A DNA stretch of 63,054 nucleotides, filler included, from Octopus bimaculoides (lineage: Eukaryota): the NCBI RefSeq assembly GCF_001194135.2. It is 5 parts of 5 records of this genome, joined end to end, with 100 filler letters (N's around TTAATTAATTAA, not from the genome) between each part and the next. Parts side by side here need not be neighbours in the genome. Positions count along the whole stretch, not along the records: positions 1 to 18,579 come from NC_069009.1; positions 18,680 to 30,934 come from NW_026315829.1; 3 more parts are not named here. One strand, given 5' to 3'. This document shows, piece after piece, positions 11,560 through 23,834 of this stretch. The number at the start of each line of letters is the position of its first letter. The first letter of the stretch is position 1. The notes beneath the pieces are model-generated. The model worked only from the letters and a program-made list of their open reading frames with translations, did not search any database and was not told the origin of the DNA. Position numbers and translations under genes: made by a program.

Positions 11560-14500
11560 CCCACCCCCGGAAAGAGACCACTCAGAATTTTCTCATTGAT
11601 GCCTAGAGTGAATCCGAGGTCATCATCTCTTTTATCCTCCACTAACCTCTGTGGAAAAGACAAGTTGTTTTCCCACTCACGGTTTGTACAGCTGGTACAG
11701 TATTGTAAGCTCCTGGCAACATTCAAAATGCCACAAGCCCAATCTTTGTCTACATGTGAGTTATCACTGCAGCTCGATCAAGGAAACGAACTGCGGAAAG
11801 CCCAGTCACACGAAAGAGTGACATATCTTTCTGCAGTTCGCTCTTGTTTTCTTCGTTGTCGTTGGTACTTTTGCAGTAATCTAAATGTTTCTTCAGGTCA
11901 GTCCGCCTCTTACATGCGAGCGCATCATCAAGGACGGTATCCTGGGCATCCCGTGACCACAACGGAGTGGGTATTGACAATAGATGGATTATTTGATCAG
12001 CAGAACTTTATACATCTATAAGAATCAGAAAAACAAACGCTTCAATATTGTGAGAGTTTTATTTAACAAGCCGAGGCGATTTATGCATTTGTTTCTTCCG
12101 TCAGGTTTTTCAGAGACAGATACTCTCAGCCCATTTTTCTGAGAGATTGTCACATTACTCCTGGCCTCCTTCCAGTTCCTGTGCGCTTGGAGCCCTGATC
12201 TGAACCAAACTTCAATCACTTTTACCGGAGTCTGAGTCTAGTGACATAAATCGCCACTAATCAATATGGACTTGCACAAAGCCATTGATTTGTCCTGGAT
12301 TATGCGTACTTCTATCGCAGCTAGTTGTCCTCCCAGGATAATTTCTGTTGATTTTATATCCGAGTTTCTGCCATCATGATAGTGACATCATCTGCGTATG
12401 CTTGTAGACATGGCTTTCTTCTTATCCAGATCCAACGGGATACCCACAAACTCAGGGCTCATCATTGGTAAAACCATGTTTGACGCTGAAAATGTCCGAC
12501 AGGTTGAATCTGACTACCAAGTTGATGCCGCAGTACATTGCGCTGACCCAGCTTCTGACGACGGGAATGAGCAGATAGGTAGCAATGACCTACCCTGTCA
12601 AATGCTTTGGGCTGATTCAAATTGACCAGAGCCCCTGCCAAAAACCAGAAATATTCCCGGTTCCCCTTCCATGATGGTTGCCATTGATCGGCCTGTTGCG
12701 GATCGCACATATTTGTACGGCTCCATCTATACTACCGACAACCAGTACTTGCTTCTTGGTGAGTTCCTTTGCCAAAATCATTAACTGTATACCGAGCAGA
12801 GTTACGAGCCTGAATTTTTCAATCATGTATTCCTTGTCTAGATCTTTCCTCAGCAATCCCCTACTCTTAGACTCACTCGTCTGGGAATACTCTCAGTCTG
12901 TTGCCATCTACAGTGCAAGGTTGCTATGTGGAAATATATCTCTTAAGGAAGATTATCTAATCCTAGAGAATTATGCCCCTCACAGCGGATTAGCATATCT
13001 GCCACATCATCTGTTAAAATTAGATCCTCACAAAACACAGTCTGTCTGTCTGATAGGAGCAGCAAACCATCGTAGTAGCACTTAAAGCCTGCTGTCTCAA
13101 GTATAACGCGCCTCGAAAATAGATTGACGAAGTGCTACCAAAACACAGCGCGCATTTGTTTGGAATCGGAGAGCACATGACCGCTGTGGTCTGCTACAGA
13201 CTGAATTTTTGCTATAATGGTATGCTGTGCCTGCACCACACGGGCCTACACGACGGTTTTTGAGCTTGCATATTTCAGAGAACGTAATGTAGCTCGGACC
13301 ATACAACCTTTGTATTTACCATTGAAGAAATAATCGAAATCCATTCTCATCGCTAGCGCGTTGTTTGCTGTTCCTCTCCTCTGTGCCTCTTAGTTTTCTG
13401 TAACAATCACTCCTGAAACTAACAGATATCACTGATTTTCCCTTTTAGTGAAACGCACCGCTTGCTGTTGATATCTCCCATCAATTCTTACTTCACTAGT
13501 ATACTAATCTAGTCCCTGGAACTTTTCACGCCGGAAAGGATACGTTCATCTTTCAGTAACAGGATCCTTGTTTATCAGTCTTTTCAGTGTTGACTATAAT
13601 GGTCCCCAGTTGAATTCTAAGTAGCCAATTATCTGAAACTGCGGATACATTGCTGTATTCAGAAAATCGAGGCCTGTCAAAAAATTAGAAGTTCCCTGGA
13701 GCACTTGTATGGTTTGTACGCTCCACTCCCCTACACTCAAACACTAATGATCGAGATATTCCCAGTAAAGTCTCCAAACACCTAAATATATCCGGGTTCC
13801 ACTGTTTCATATCCTGCTACTTATATCCAAGACCACCTACCTATCTGATCTAAGAAAACGTTTTCGAGGCATTTGTATGTGTCTTCTAAGATTCTTGTGC
13901 AATAAGTCTTTGAATACTCCTACATTATGTTGGAAACTTTTCTTCAAAACACGGTACATTGTTGGTGGCGTTCTTACCATAGCTCTTCCTGGTATAGTTT
14001 TTGAAATGTTGAGTATCAACACCCTCACTTGCTAACATTTTGTTTTTGCTAGAGTTTGCACATTTCGTGAGCTCAACTTTCGGAGAACTGTTCAGTCGGG
14101 TGGCTCGTCCGTGAGATGTTGTTCTAAATGTTACGTGCCATGCAGTTAATGTTGTTTTGCATAGATTAACTTTGGATGAGGTATTTTTCTAAACGATCGG
14201 GATGTGACTCTCACTGTTGTTGAGAATGTTTCTGTTTCTCTTCCTGGTGTTACTGCTGTAGGCTTGTCTCATATTCAAGTTGTTATTGTTGTAGGTGTTG
14301 TAATTATTGTTCTATCGCTTTATTTATGAAACTAAGGCCACTGGATTACGAGTTATTGAACCTCGTGCTCACACGTTTTGAGGTATTAGGGGTCAAGTCA
14401 GTATATTCACCAGCTCTACCTCATTTTTTTTTCGGAGACCACTTCTATATCCGAAGGGGTAGACTGGATTTGCTTACAATTTCCTCTGTATCATTTATTG

Positions 14501-15470
14501 TTGTTGATAGTGGTAGTCGTAGTTGTAGAGGTGCTCAGGAGACTTATTTTACTCTTTTCTCTGACTGGAAGTGGTTTGTAGCTCTTGCGTTTATAGTTTT
14601 TGTGGAGGGTGCTACTACTGCCCTCTTTGCTTTCGAAGCAGCGATGCGAAGCGAAACATTGCTTTTAGTTTCAACACTGGGAGTGTCAATAACCTCTCTT
14701 GGCTGACTACTATGGCAGGTCGTTTAGGTACGACCTAAGTGGTGAGACGAATACATTTCCTCCTAAAAATACTCCTCTATTGAAAACTGTGAGAAAAGAA
14801 ATTATTGTTTCCTACCTTTCATCACCACCCGCACCTGCCTCGCAATCTCCGAAATAGATAAAGTTTGGTATGCAATTTACGTCTTCTGGAACAACCAAAA
14901 CTTGGAATTCCATAACTTTTCTATTTTTGGTGTGGGGCGGGGGGTTGATTTCGTACTTATTATTTCCTCGTGATCCTTAATCGTGGCTACGAGGAGGTAA
15001 GTTTGTGGCCCTTACTTTCGTCACATGACGTCCCATATCTAAGGGTAACATCGCGAACTAAGGTGCAGATCGTTGTATCCATGTTACACACATCCTCCTT
15101 ATTGCTACGGATGGCCACCATGGTCCCCTGATGCATTCCTTGGGAGATATACCCTACGGAACGCAACGCATCTTCCAAACATTTTCCTATTTCAGTTGAG
15201 GAAGGGCGTTGTACATTCGTTTCCTCGTGGTTGATATACATAGATTATTGTTATTTTCTTGGTGCCCATCATTATCCCTATGGGAATGCCATGGCCCCAG
15301 GTTGAACGATATCGTTCCTATACATTTTAATGTCACCCGATTTCCCTTTCAGTGAAAGGACGATCCCTCCATTTGTAACGTTCGCGAATGATGATTTTTT
15401 CTGTATGAATTTTCATCGTCGTTGCCGGTGCCGCCCTTGTAAATTATGTTCGTGTTCTTCCCATTCATGT
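11560..15470 (-). mobile_element. Degenerate Tx1/L1-clade LINE (ORF1, APE endonuclease, RT; 3' truncated)
   Basis: RT: LRKDLDKEYMIEKFRLVTLL...LAKEL...GALVNLNQPKAFDRVGH. EN-like text near 13700-13850. ORF1 EIGKCLEDALRSVGYISQG resembles the ORF1 at 17292. Confidence 0.75.
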
Positions 15471-15719
15471 TGCTATTGTCTGCTTAATTGTGGCGGCTGC
15501 TGCTGATATGTACGTCATAGTTGTTGTTATTGTTGTAGCTGCTCAAGCTATTCGCGCCGTTGTTGATAGCTTTACTGCTGCTGCTGATTACACCATTATT
15601 GTTGCTGCTGTTGTTGCTGTTGTTGTTGTTGGAGTTGTCGTAGTTCATACTAATATTAATGTTATTGTTGCTGTAGTTACCATCGTCGTCGTCGCTGATG
15701 TTGTTTATTGCTTGTAGTT

Positions 15720-15882
15720 TCTTTTCTGCTTTCAGTGGGAGTGGCAACCACCCATCGTGGCTGACTACTATAGCAGGTCGTTTAAGTACGACCTAGGTGG
15801 TGAGGCGAATACATTTCCTCCTACAAATACTCCTCTATTGAAAATTATGAGAAAAGAAATTAATAGAAGATATGTATGGGGA
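15720..15882 (-). mobile_element. Second ORF1 fragment of the same Tx1-like family (direct repeat of about 14701-14812)
   Basis: GGCTGACTACTAT.GCAGGTCGTTTA.GTACGACCTA.GTGGTGAG.CGAATACATTTCCTCCTA.AAATACTCCTCTATTGAAAA occurs at both places. Confidence 0.75.
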
Positions 15883-16039
15883 AAATTTCTCGTTATTAGA
15901 ACTGCGAGAATCTTCTTCTGTAGAAACTTGGATGCATCCGTAAAACAAAAGTTGCAGTTTCAGCGGTCGAAAATAGTATAAAGAAAGTAAATTTAGAGAA
16001 AACGCACCAGCCATATTTCATGTGCGATGCCTAATAATA

Positions 16040-17010
16040 ATTATTGCTAATTTTGTTACAAAACCAGCATTTTTAGGGGAGGAGTTTGTCCATTGCTTCG
16101 ACCCCTCGTCTAAATTGTTATCTCATCGATCCCGGAAAAATGAAAGACACATTCAAACTCGAGAAAATTGAACTCAGAAAGTAAAGACAGATTAAATGTT
16201 ATTGCTTATATTTGTCCGACGTGCTAAGGGGCCTGTCAACTCACCGCATTCATGATAATAATGTTTTCGTTACTAGCAGCGGGCGCCGAATACAAAACAG
16301 GAAACGACAATACTATACAAGGGACGAGTGGGGTTTAGCACAAAACTTCGTGTATAAAATTGAAACAAGAACAATTAGCGACAACATTTCGACAATAAAA
16401 TTCCTGAGAAGAAGGCACTTCCACCCAGTAACAACAGAGGAACCCCACATACCCTGGTTACCCCGACTAATAGGGGCAAGTCAGCAGGTGCCTCGCTCCT
16501 TCTCAATTTCTCTGGTTTACAAGCGTAGACCCATTCACGCGGCCAAAATATTAATTTCAAATTTTAGCACAAGACCAGCAATTTCAGAGGGGGATGCCAG
16601 TCGGTTATAGCGATCCCAATGCTCATTTGGTATTTATTTTTTCGACCCCGAAAGGATGAAACGCAAAGTCGACCGCGGCAGAATTTGAATGGACGTATGA
16701 AGTACAGCTAAACATTTTGCCCGGCGTGCTAACGGTTCTGCGAGCTAGTCTCCTTAATAATAATAATAATAATAATGATAAACGTTTCTACTAAANNNNN
16801 NNNNNGGGGGTTGATTGTGATTGATTAGCTTAAATTGTGGGTTGATTAGATCAACCCCATTGTTTCACTGGTATTTAATTTATCGCCCCGAAATGTTGAA
16901 AGGCAAAGTCTACCTTGGCGAAATTTGAACTCTGAACGTAGCGACGGGAGAAATACCGCTAAGCATTTCGTCTAGCGTGCTAACGATTCTGCCAGCATGC
17001 CGACTAAATA
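16040..17010 (-). mobile_element. Cluster of three degenerate SINE family A copies
   Basis: Repeated ..GAAAGG(A)TGAAA.GCAAAGTC.ACC..GGC.GAATTTGAA motif near 16130, 16650 and 16890. Confidence 0.7.
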
Positions 17011-17179
17011 ATATTGCTGATGAAGATGCATGCATATAGATAGTTAGTTGGCTAGAGAGATAGACATGTATGTATTCATGAATTCATGTATGTATATATA
17101 TGTATGTACGGATCAATAGATGTATATTGATTATGTGTATATAGGCGCAGGAGTGGCCTAGTAGTTAGTAGCTGCTTAC

Positions 17180-18341
17180 CTCTGTCGTTGTCACCCGTTG
17201 GATGAGCCAGCAAAAAACTTCGCGGCAGTGGCCGCTGTATCATGTGAAAACGTGATAATACAAACGGAGAAGCTCCAAGCTTTTTGAAAGAATGAAAAAG
17301 GAGGGTGGGGATATAAAGATCTCACCCTCCCCTAGTGTTGAAAATATGAATAGAAGGACAGTCGTTTACAAAACGTACTGTCTTGCATCGAAAAAAGTTA
17401 AGCACTTCGAAACGTGCGAAATAGAAAAATGCCTGGCCCCTAAATGGAAAGACATAAAGTACATAGCGAGGGGTCGGGCATATGGAACAATAGAGGCCAG
17501 ATTTGAGACGGCTGAAAAAACCCAAGGGCACTCAGTGAATCCCCTGAAAACGAAGGAGGTGTGCTGCTCCCAACCTACATGGGAAGGAGAACAGCACGAG
17601 TGAAAGTAACGGAAGAAACCACCAGAAATTGAGGCCACAGAGGAGATGGCCGCCCTGTTGTATAACAGGACCGACAAAATTACCTTCCTCCAAATCACCT
17701 GCACTGCCTCACAAAATTGGCACGGGCAGCGCATCTCCGCTATTATTCAGGGAACTCAGGAAGATGTCGAAATGCTTCCAGAGAGAGTGCTCTTGGGCGA
17801 GGATATTGACCTCAGGATTTAAATAGAGGGCAAAAAGCCCACGTGTTTCGAATGTGGCAAAAACCCACATTAGCGTGGAGTGCGTGGAGTTCGAAATATG
17901 GAAGTGCGCAGACATCAGGTCCTTCAACTTCCCAAAAAGATCCTAAACCCGCACAGAAATTAGCCCCCACAGAAACAAATACTCCCACCCACATATGTAG
18001 CACCCGCTCCCAAATAAGACACCCAAAGACCCCAGGCCATGCACACACCTGTCCCGACGGAAACAAATGCACCCACCCCATCTGAAGTAACAACTACTGA
18101 GGAAGGACACCAACAATGGGGACGTACCAGAGAATTTTCGGTCCATAAATCTGCTTAATACAATGTTTAAGATTTTGGCCATGGTGTTACAGAAAAGGCT
18201 GGCGCTTGTCACCGGTAGCCTGGTCGGAGGGTCGCAAACTTGTGCAATCCCGAACAAGTCTATCCACGACAACCTGCAACTTTTGTGATACATCATAGAG
18301 AGGGCTGGGACCAAAGCTGGCTTCGGGGGTGCTCTGATCAA
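17180..18341 (+). mobile_element. Tx1/L1-clade LINE fragment: ORF1 with CCHC knuckle joined directly to an RT segment
   Basis: KPTCFECGKNPH near 17835-17870, then LRKDTNNGDVPENFRSINLLNTMFKILAMVLQKRLALVTGSLVGGSQTCAIPNKSIHDNL at 18097-18341. Ends in (AAC)n(AAT)n. Confidence 0.8.
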
Positions 18342-18348
18342 TAATAAT

Positions 18349-18430
<82 letters not shown>

Positions 18431-18579
18431 TGCCCGGATGCAGTAGCAGACAGTGGCTCTCATGGCTTCTGATCTTATATGATTGGAAGTATTATCATGT
18501 ACATTGATTTGTCTTGGTATAAAAGATGGGCTACAGCAAATATTCTTCTTAATACCACAGATTTGCTTGTCATTTGTTC

Positions 18580-18679
18580 NNNNNNNNNNNNNNNNNNNNN
18601 NNNNNNNNNNNNNNNNNNNNNNNTTAATTAATTAANNNNNNNNNNNNNNNNNNNNNNNNNNNNNNNNNNNNNNNNNNNN
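18580..18679. other. Unsized assembly gap with six-frame-stop linker (N44-TTAATTAATTAA-N44); also at 30935-31034, 40132-40231 and 61600-61699
   Basis: Identical 44+12+44 layout four times. Confidence 0.95.
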
Positions 18680-19129
18680 GGTACACATACAGGCATACAT
18701 TTACCCACGTAAATGCCTTGTCATATTTAATTCCAGTGAAGTGGAGTAACTCTCAAAAAGGGATGTAACTCAGCTAAACCTCAGCTTAACCATTTAATAA
18801 ATCAAAGGCACATACCCAGGTAGAGATATATAACACCATCACTACCACCATCACCATCACTGTTTTAATGTCCACTTTTCCTTTCTTGCATGAGTCAGAC
18901 AGAATTTATAGAGAAGATTTTTCTGCATTCAAGTGTCCTGCTTGTCATCAACCCAAACATATTTCCATACAAGGTAATATTTTCTTTTGGTCAGATATAT
19001 TTTTGAAGAATATTGGAAATGAACGACACTGCTTGTATCAGTGACAACAATCATGCTATATCAAGCCAAGAAGGTACAAACATATGTACGCATACACATG
19101 TACATAAAAATGAGTACTCTATCAGTTAT

Positions 19130-19405
19130 GACGATGAGTGTTCCAGGTGATCTGATTGATAGAAATAGCCTGCTCCTAAAATCAATGTGCAAATGGTTAA
19201 GCACTCTACACACGTACTATCTCAGGGAGATTCAGTGTGACAAGGCTGGCCCTTTGAAATACTGGTAGTATTTCTATTCGCCAGCTGAGTGGACCGGAGT
19301 AATGTAAGATAAAGGGTCTTGCTCAAAGACACAATGCACTGCAAGGAATTGAACTCATGACCTTACAGTCATGAGCTAAATCCACTGACCACTTGGCCAC
19401 ATGCC
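19130..19405 (-). mobile_element. SINE family C (CORE-like head 2 + tail 1)
   Basis: Reverse complement has a tRNA head, GTGTCTTTGAGCAAGACC...CCACTCAGCTGG core and CAAAGGGCCAGCCTTGTCACACTG tail shared with 40678. Confidence 0.7.
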
Positions 19406-19445
19406 TTCACATATATGTACATACATGCATACATAAACACACATA

Positions 19446-19680
19446 CACATATACAAATAAATGATGGGCTTCTTTCAGTTTCTGTCTACCAGATCCACTT
19501 ACAAGACTTTGGTTAGCCTGGGGCTATAGTAGAAGACACTGGTTCAAGGTGCCAGACAGGTTGACTGGATCTGAAGCCATAGTTGAAATCACCTGCCCAA
19601 TGTGCAGTGTAGGGTGAATGAACCTGAAATTACAGGGCGGCAAAGCAAACACCTTAATCACACAGCCATGTATAGGGCTT
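19446..19680 (-). mobile_element. Degenerate SINE family B
   Basis: GGGCTTCTTTCAGTTTCTGTCTACCAGATCCACT...GGGCTATAGTAGAAGACACT. Confidence 0.7.
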
Positions 19681-20740
19681 TCCTATAAGGTGTTATCCAC
19701 CCCTGATTAGAACTCTCCCGTATGACATGTACGCATGCTCAGTGATTTGCTTTAACAGTTGCAATCAGCTGAATGCACATTGCCAGTGACATTTGACATA
19801 ATTACCCACACTCTGTGGTCAGGATTCTTTTTTTGGTTTGATGTCGGTATCGAAGGGATTACCAGACACCGGACAATACAGTGAGAGCAGCTTTCACTCA
19901 CATCGTGGTATTCGATGCTGTGTACGTGTCTGTCGTGGTAAAATATGCCACTCCTTAACTGTTGCTTTGCTTTCATTCATAGCACGAGATAATTATGTCA
20001 TTATCTGTGAAATTCGGCAACTTACAAAGATCTTTAGATCAGGCANNNNNNNNNNNNNNNNNNNNNNNNNNNNNNNNNNNNNNNNNNNNNNNNNNNNNNN
20101 NNNNNNNNNNNNNNNNNNNNNNNNNNNNNNNNNNNNNNNNNNNNNNNNNNNNNNNNNNNNNNNNNNNNNNNNNNNNNNNNNNNNNNNNNNNNNNNNNNNN
20201 NNNNNNNNNNNNNNNNNNNNNNNNNNNNNNNNNNNNNNNNNNNNNNNNNNNNNNNNNNNNNNNNNNNNNNNNNNNNNNNNNNNNNNNNNNNNNNNNNNNN
20301 NNNNNNNNNNNNNNNNNNNNNNNNNNNNNNNNNNNNNNNNNNNNNNNNNNNNNNNNNNNNNNNNNNNNNNNNNNNNNNNNNNNNNNNNNNNNNNNNNNNN
20401 NNNNNNNNNNNNNNNNNNNNNNNNNNNNNNNNNNNNNNNNNNNNNNNNNNNNNNNNNNNNNNNNNNNNNNNNNNNNNNNNNNNNNNNNNNNNNNNNNNNN
20501 NNNNNNNNNNNNNNNNNNNNNNNNNNNNNNNNNNNNNNNNNNNNNNNNNNNNNNNNNNNNNNNNNNNNNNNNNNNNNNNNNNNNNNNNNNNNNNNNNNNN
20601 NNNNNNNNNNNNNNNNNNNNNNNNNNNNNNNNNNNNNNNNNNNNNNNNNNNNNNNNNNNNNNNNNNNNNNNNNNNNNNNNNNNNNNNNNNNNNNNNNNNN
20701 NNNNNNNNNNNNNNNNNNNNNNNNNNNNNNNNNNNNNNNN

Positions 20741-21097
20741 NACCACATGGTTCCAGGTTCAGTCCCACTATGTGGTACCTTGGGCAAGTGTCTTCTACTA
20801 TAGCCTCAGGCCGACCAAAGCCTTGTGAGTGAAGTTGGTAGACGGAAACTGAAAGAAGCCCGTCATATATATGTATATATATATATGTGTGTGTGTGTGT
20901 TTGTCCCCCTAGCTTTGCTTGACAACCGATGCTGGTGTGTTTATGTCCCCGTCACTTAGCGGTTCGGCAAAAGAGACCGATAGAATAAGTACTAGGCTTA
21001 CAAAGAATAAGTCCTGGGGTCGATTTGCTCGACTAAAGGCGGTGCTCCAGCATGGCCGCAGTCAAATGACTGAAACAAGTAAAAGAGTAAAAGAGAA
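20741..21097 (+). mobile_element. SINE family B (head partly lost in the gap 20046-20740)
   Basis: Matches 2142-2577 including the internal microsatellite and TAAAAGAG tail. Confidence 0.85.
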
Positions 21098-21452
21098 AAG
21101 CTATTCTTTTTTCATCTAAACAATGAGTCAAGTCCTTTTACACGGCAACATGTGGATGTATGAATGTTGCCACATCTGTTCTACAGTCGTAAGCTTTGTC
21201 ATGAGCATAATTATTCAATCCTTAAGTCAATTACCAACACATAAGAAACAACGTAGATAAATAAATATAATGTTAAATCGATATTAGGTCACAGCTGATA
21301 AAACTGATGTTTAAACACCATGTTATTTGGGAAGATTACTCAGAATATATTAATGGTCACTCTGTTTTCTAGTGAGCTAACTGCATAATGTCCTGGCTTG
21401 ACAGTCTTGCAAATGTAAGTTGAGAATTGGTGTAGCTGATGTTTGTTGATGC

Positions 21453-21954
21453 TTAACTCTTTAGCATTTAAACCAGCCATATCCAGCCAAAATATTCTAC
21501 CTTGTTTTATGTTCAAACCAACCAGATCCAGCCTTTCACACCTACCCTAGAATATCACTCTAAAAATAAACAAATGCTTCGAAATCTTAGAGCTATGAGA
21601 TAATGCATGATTAAATCCAAAGTAATGTGACTAAATGTGGACGCGCGTCGCTTAGTGGTTAGGGCATCAGCACCATGATCGTAACATTGTGGTTTCGATT
21701 CCTGGACCGGGCGACGTGTTGTGTTCTTAAACAAAACACTTCATTTCACGTTGCTCCAGCCACTCAGCTGGCAAAAATGAGTAACGCTGCAATGGACTGG
21801 CATCCCGTCCAGCTGGGGAACACATACGCCATTGAAACCAGGAAACTGGGCCCGTGAGCCTGGCTAGGCTTTAAAAGGGCGCATTTATTATTTATTTTAA
21901 TGTGATTAAATAATCATTACATTTGTCTGATTAATCTGAATGTTAAAAAGTTAA
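21453..21954. mobile_element. MITE with 16-bp terminal inverted repeats, interrupted by a SINE
   Basis: TTAACTCTTTAGCATT (21453) versus AATGTTAAAAAGTTAA (21939-54): 14/16 complementary. Confidence 0.65.
21637..21898 (+). mobile_element. SINE family C (head 2 + tail 2) with 13-bp target-site duplication
   Basis: tRNA head, CORE-like block, tail ...GAGCCTGGCTAGGCTTTAAAAGGGCGCA(TTA)n. Flanks AATGTGACTAAAT (21624-36) and AATGTGATTAAAT (21899-911). Confidence 0.85.
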
Positions 21955-22177
21955 ATGGAGATATGATACAGGGAATGTGAGTGGTAGGTGCTAATGGGTT
22001 TTTTTTTCATCAGTCGTGGAATCCCTGAGAGTTACTTTGATTATTTATGATCCAGTAACTCCTGATTCTTGAGTTCTTTAGCAGAGTCAATTCCTTGCAG
22101 GAAACTGGGCTCAGGTCTCTATGTCTGGTGTCCTCCCACCAGCCTTGGAGTTTCAGGAAAAAAAGCCAAATGCAAGC

Positions 22178-22472
22178 AATGTGGTAAGAAGCTTGCTTCC
22201 CTGTGAATGGATATGGTAGATAGAAACTGAAAGAAGCCCAGCATACACGTGTGTGTGTGTGTGTTCCTCACCACCACTTGACAACTAGTGTTGGTGTGTT
22301 TATGTCCCTGTAACTTAGCAGTTTGGCCAAAGAGACTGATAGAATAAGTACCAGGTAAAAAAAATGAAATGAAATAAGTACTTGGGTTGATTCACCGACT
22401 AAAAAAAAAATTCAATGTGGTGCTCCAACATGGCCGCAGTCTAATGACTGAAACAAGTATAAATAAAAGATA
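22178..22472 (+). mobile_element. SINE family B, internally deleted
   Basis: GGAAACTGAAAGAAGCCC-like, (GT)n, then second module to CATGGCCGCAGTCTAATGACTGAAACAAG. Confidence 0.75.
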
Positions 22473-23089
22473 AAGCACAACCCTTCCTCCTTTGACTATG
22501 TAGGATAAATGGTTAAAACAATAAATAAAAATCAGCTTACAGAGGCTGCTGGTTCATACCCTGTCATATCACTGGTGCTATGTTCATTCAATGACCAAAA
22601 CAGTTGAATGGTTTTAAATCACCTACTGATTGAGTCTCTCTAGTTTTAGCTAGGCATAAGGACAATTCATTGCTGTAGTCATCAGAAGCAGGGCTATGGA
22701 AATTGAAGGATTCTTTGGCTGAGTTTAGTTACTTAGCCTGTAAAAAGAGTTCAGTGTCCGTCTACCCAGGATGAGATTTAACTCTCTCATGTTTGTTATT
22801 ATGGAGACCTGAAATAATCCATGGTTCCTTATTTATTGCTGTGATTTTGAAAAGGGTTAGCTTTCATCAATCTTCGTCATATATGAGAAGAGAAGAGAGT
22901 GAGTGATAAAAAAAAGAGTGAGATGTGGTCTTCTGACCTCTCTAGGTGGGTAGCAACTCATTCTGCCACAGCACAGTCCTAAGAACAAAGGCTTTCCAAC
23001 CACGACCAATACATCTTTCATTCAGACAACATTGCCCAGTGAATCCAAGTAGGCTGAGCAACGACATCAAGTATACATTGAAATGGTCT

Positions 23090-23700
23090 TGATTATACCC
23101 CTGCCCCAGTATTTGATCAGTGGTTACTTTATCAGTCCTGGGAAGATGAAAAGCCAAGTCGACCTTGGTAGGATTTCAACTGAGAGCAAGAAGAGACATG
23201 ACTAAATATTGATTTCAAATTTTCACACAAGGCCATCACACATGGGGGAGGAGCAAGTCGGTTACATCAATCCCAGAGCTCAACTGGTACTTATTTTATC
23301 GACACTGGAAGGATGAAAGGTAAAGTCGACCTCAGCAGAATTTGAACTTAGAACGTAAGACAGATGAAATACTGTTAAGCATTTCGCCCAGTGTGCTAAT
23401 GCTTCTGTCAGCTTACTGCATTTCTATGACTAAAATTTGGTTTCAAAATCTGGTACAAGGGCAGCATTTCAGGAGAGTGGGTAGTAGACTACTTCAACCC
23501 CAGTGCTCAACTGGCACTTATTTTATCAACCCTGAAAGGATGAAAAGCAAGATTTACCCTGGTAGGATTTGAAATCAAAATGTAAGAACAGATGAAATGC
23601 AGCAAAGCATTTTTCCCAGCATACTACAATGTAAAGACAAACAAAATGCTGCTAAGCATTTTGCCCAATGTGCCAACAATTCTGCCAGCTTTCAGGCTTC
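23090..23700 (-). mobile_element. Tandem cluster of degenerate SINE family A copies
   Basis: GGA(A)GATGAAA.G..AAGTCGACC and CAACTGG.ACTTATTTTATC motifs repeated three times. Confidence 0.7.
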
Positions 23701-23834
23701 CCGTGACTGAATATTGCAAGGTATTTGTCAGACGTCCCACCAATTCAATTTCCTTGTGAAATATGTTATTAAAATATATTTTGTTAGGTTAGAGAATATT
23801 TACAACTTTTTAAGTTTCGTTAGCTGCAACATCC

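Noticed and set aside
16212-16610. 132-aa ORF
   Set aside because: Lies among SINE-A relics, no ATG start, no recognisable domain.
18624-18635. TTAATTAATTAA palindrome recurring four times
   Set aside because: Always centred in N44/N44; an artificial six-frame-stop assembly linker.
19843-19890. SLYCPVSGNPFDT resembling CDO SLHLYSPPFDT
   Set aside because: Bounded by stops, lacks catalytic His context and splice sites; chance similarity.
22541-22808. Minus-strand AG...GTAAG exon-like interval
   Set aside because: Stops in all three frames and no CDO similarity; a non-coding exon cannot be supported.
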